Of a stretch of 64,000 bases of DNA, positions 62,771 through 64,000 are shown in pieces. A model generated the notes under the pieces. That model was given only the letters and a program-made list of their open reading frames with translations. It made no database searches and was not told where the DNA came from. How positions within the stretch are numbered: position 1 is the stretch's first letter; each line of letters opens with the position of its first letter. The position numbers and the translations under genes are program-made. Source of the DNA: Vicugna vicugna (taxonomy: Eukaryota). Where the stretch lies: the NCBI GenBank assembly GCA_013265495.1, contig MU057959.1, forward strand, positions 137,202-201,201, given 5' to 3'.

Positions 62771-63829
62771 ACCTTTTATATGGAACTTGTTGACAGTGGG
62801 CGGGTGGGGCTTGGGGGTTAGGGAGACCACTCAGGGGTCTTGTTGAAAATCGGAGCAATGGATGAGTTGGAATGGAACATAGTTGTTCTGAGTGGCTGTG
62901 GGCTCACTGACGACTCATGCTTGGTTTCTGCAAACATTTTGAAACAGAACCTTTGTAATGTGCTTGAAGATGACACGTGAATGGTGAGACAGAGAACAGC
63001 CAAACATGTAGAAGTCTGCAGACCCCAGAGACCCAGAAGGCTGGGCTTGGGTGGGTTGGGGACACATGGTGCTGGGTCCATGTTGGGACATGTTACATCT
63101 CCGGATGTAGCTGACATTTTTGTCAGACCCCTTGGCTGGTGTCCCAAACAGCCAACCTCAGTGCTGGTTTCCCTGAGTCAGCGTTCATCTCACCCTGAGC
63201 TGAGCAGGTAGCAGGTTGTATAAGGCTCTGTGCCATGTTTTCTTGTTCCAGGACCTGCGACGAGACCCAGCTCTTTATGGGGGAAGTGTCCACCATGCTG
63301 GTGACCATGGGAGAGACAGGAACCCCAGGATGGCATTGAGAGTGTCTTCTCAGAGGTGGCACATGGGACAACATCTCACACGGTAAGAATTTGACATTAT
63401 CCATTACATTTAGTGGTGAGGAAGTCACAGTTGGTAATCCTTTCTTTATATTTTAGCTCATATCCATATTACTGGCATAAGCTTTGTAGTGCATTGTAGA
63501 GAGACTTGGGGAAAAAAAATAAAAGAGAAGAGACTTAAAAAGGAGAGAGAGGTGTACACATGTCTAGACAACTCTTGTAGAATTTTGCAAGAAACAAAGA
63601 GAGAAGCATGGCATCTTGGGGGAGGAAAATGTACTGAAGATACTTTTTATTTTAGTTTAGGAGGAATAAATTAAAATAACAATTGATTCAGAAGAGAGTG
63701 AAATAACCATATATAGCAAATATATATTTCGCCAACCCTATAATATTGTTTGCAAACATAAAAAAAATCTTAAAATTTAATAATTTCTCAAGAAGGTTGT
63801 GTTAGAATTCTCCAGAGAAGTAGAACAAA

Positions 63830-63985
63830 TTAAAGACATATACTGAATATATATTATATGTAATAAGTATCTATACTATAAGTATATTTATGTATCTTAT
63901 TATATATTTATTAGACATATTTATTATATATTATGCTTGTATATAAATAAAAGAAACATATGTTTATCATAAGTATTTTATAGAA
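63830..63985. repeat. AT-rich low-complexity tract
   Basis: Degenerate (TA)n. Confidence 0.6.
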
Positions 63986-64000
63986 AATTGAGGTTGAACA

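Noticed and set aside
62882..62980. Leucine-rich-repeat-like peptide VVLSGCGLTDDSCLVSANILKQN
   Set aside because: A single short unit that ends in a stop, with no further repeats or exon structure.
1..64000. CRISPR arrays, rRNA/tRNA genes, prokaryotic systems
   Set aside because: Spliced mammalian genes and L1s throughout; no repeat-spacer array or structured RNA gene was recognised.

Overview
Mammalian genomic DNA, AT-rich and LINE-1-rich. It is cetartiodactyl-like and probably camelid; this is inferred from the L1 3' ends and from seeing no ruminant Bov-A/BovB or pig PRE-1 SINEs. The window is a tandem array of three ~17-23 kb duplicated units, each holding one 7-exon secreted lipocalin gene of the odorant-binding protein (OBP) type on the minus strand. 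I assembled the exons by hand from splice sites and phases. Gene C (CDS 47907-53395, 180 aa) is an intact canonical OBP with the usual two cysteines. Gene A (3755-15597, 193 aa) is intact but strongly diverged: 6 mature Cys, an 11-aa insertion in exon 4, a C-terminal read-through tail whose stop codon is made by splicing, and a ~5.5 kb L1 in intron 3. Gene B (27982-33483) would encode a 12-Cys lipocalin with an acidic Ser/Thr-rich N-terminal extension and a CxxCxxC tail, but its exon 2 carries a 1-nt frameshift and a GT>AT donor mutation. Exon-2 differences between genes A and C are almost all non-synonymous. Units are separated by minus-strand L1 material, including an ORF2-less half-L1 with a short LTR in its tail. 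Each gene has a MER20 upstream, and there are two local upstream tandem duplications (an old 1.3 kb one and a near-identical 2170 bp one). Most ORF-track entries are noise or L1 fragments.
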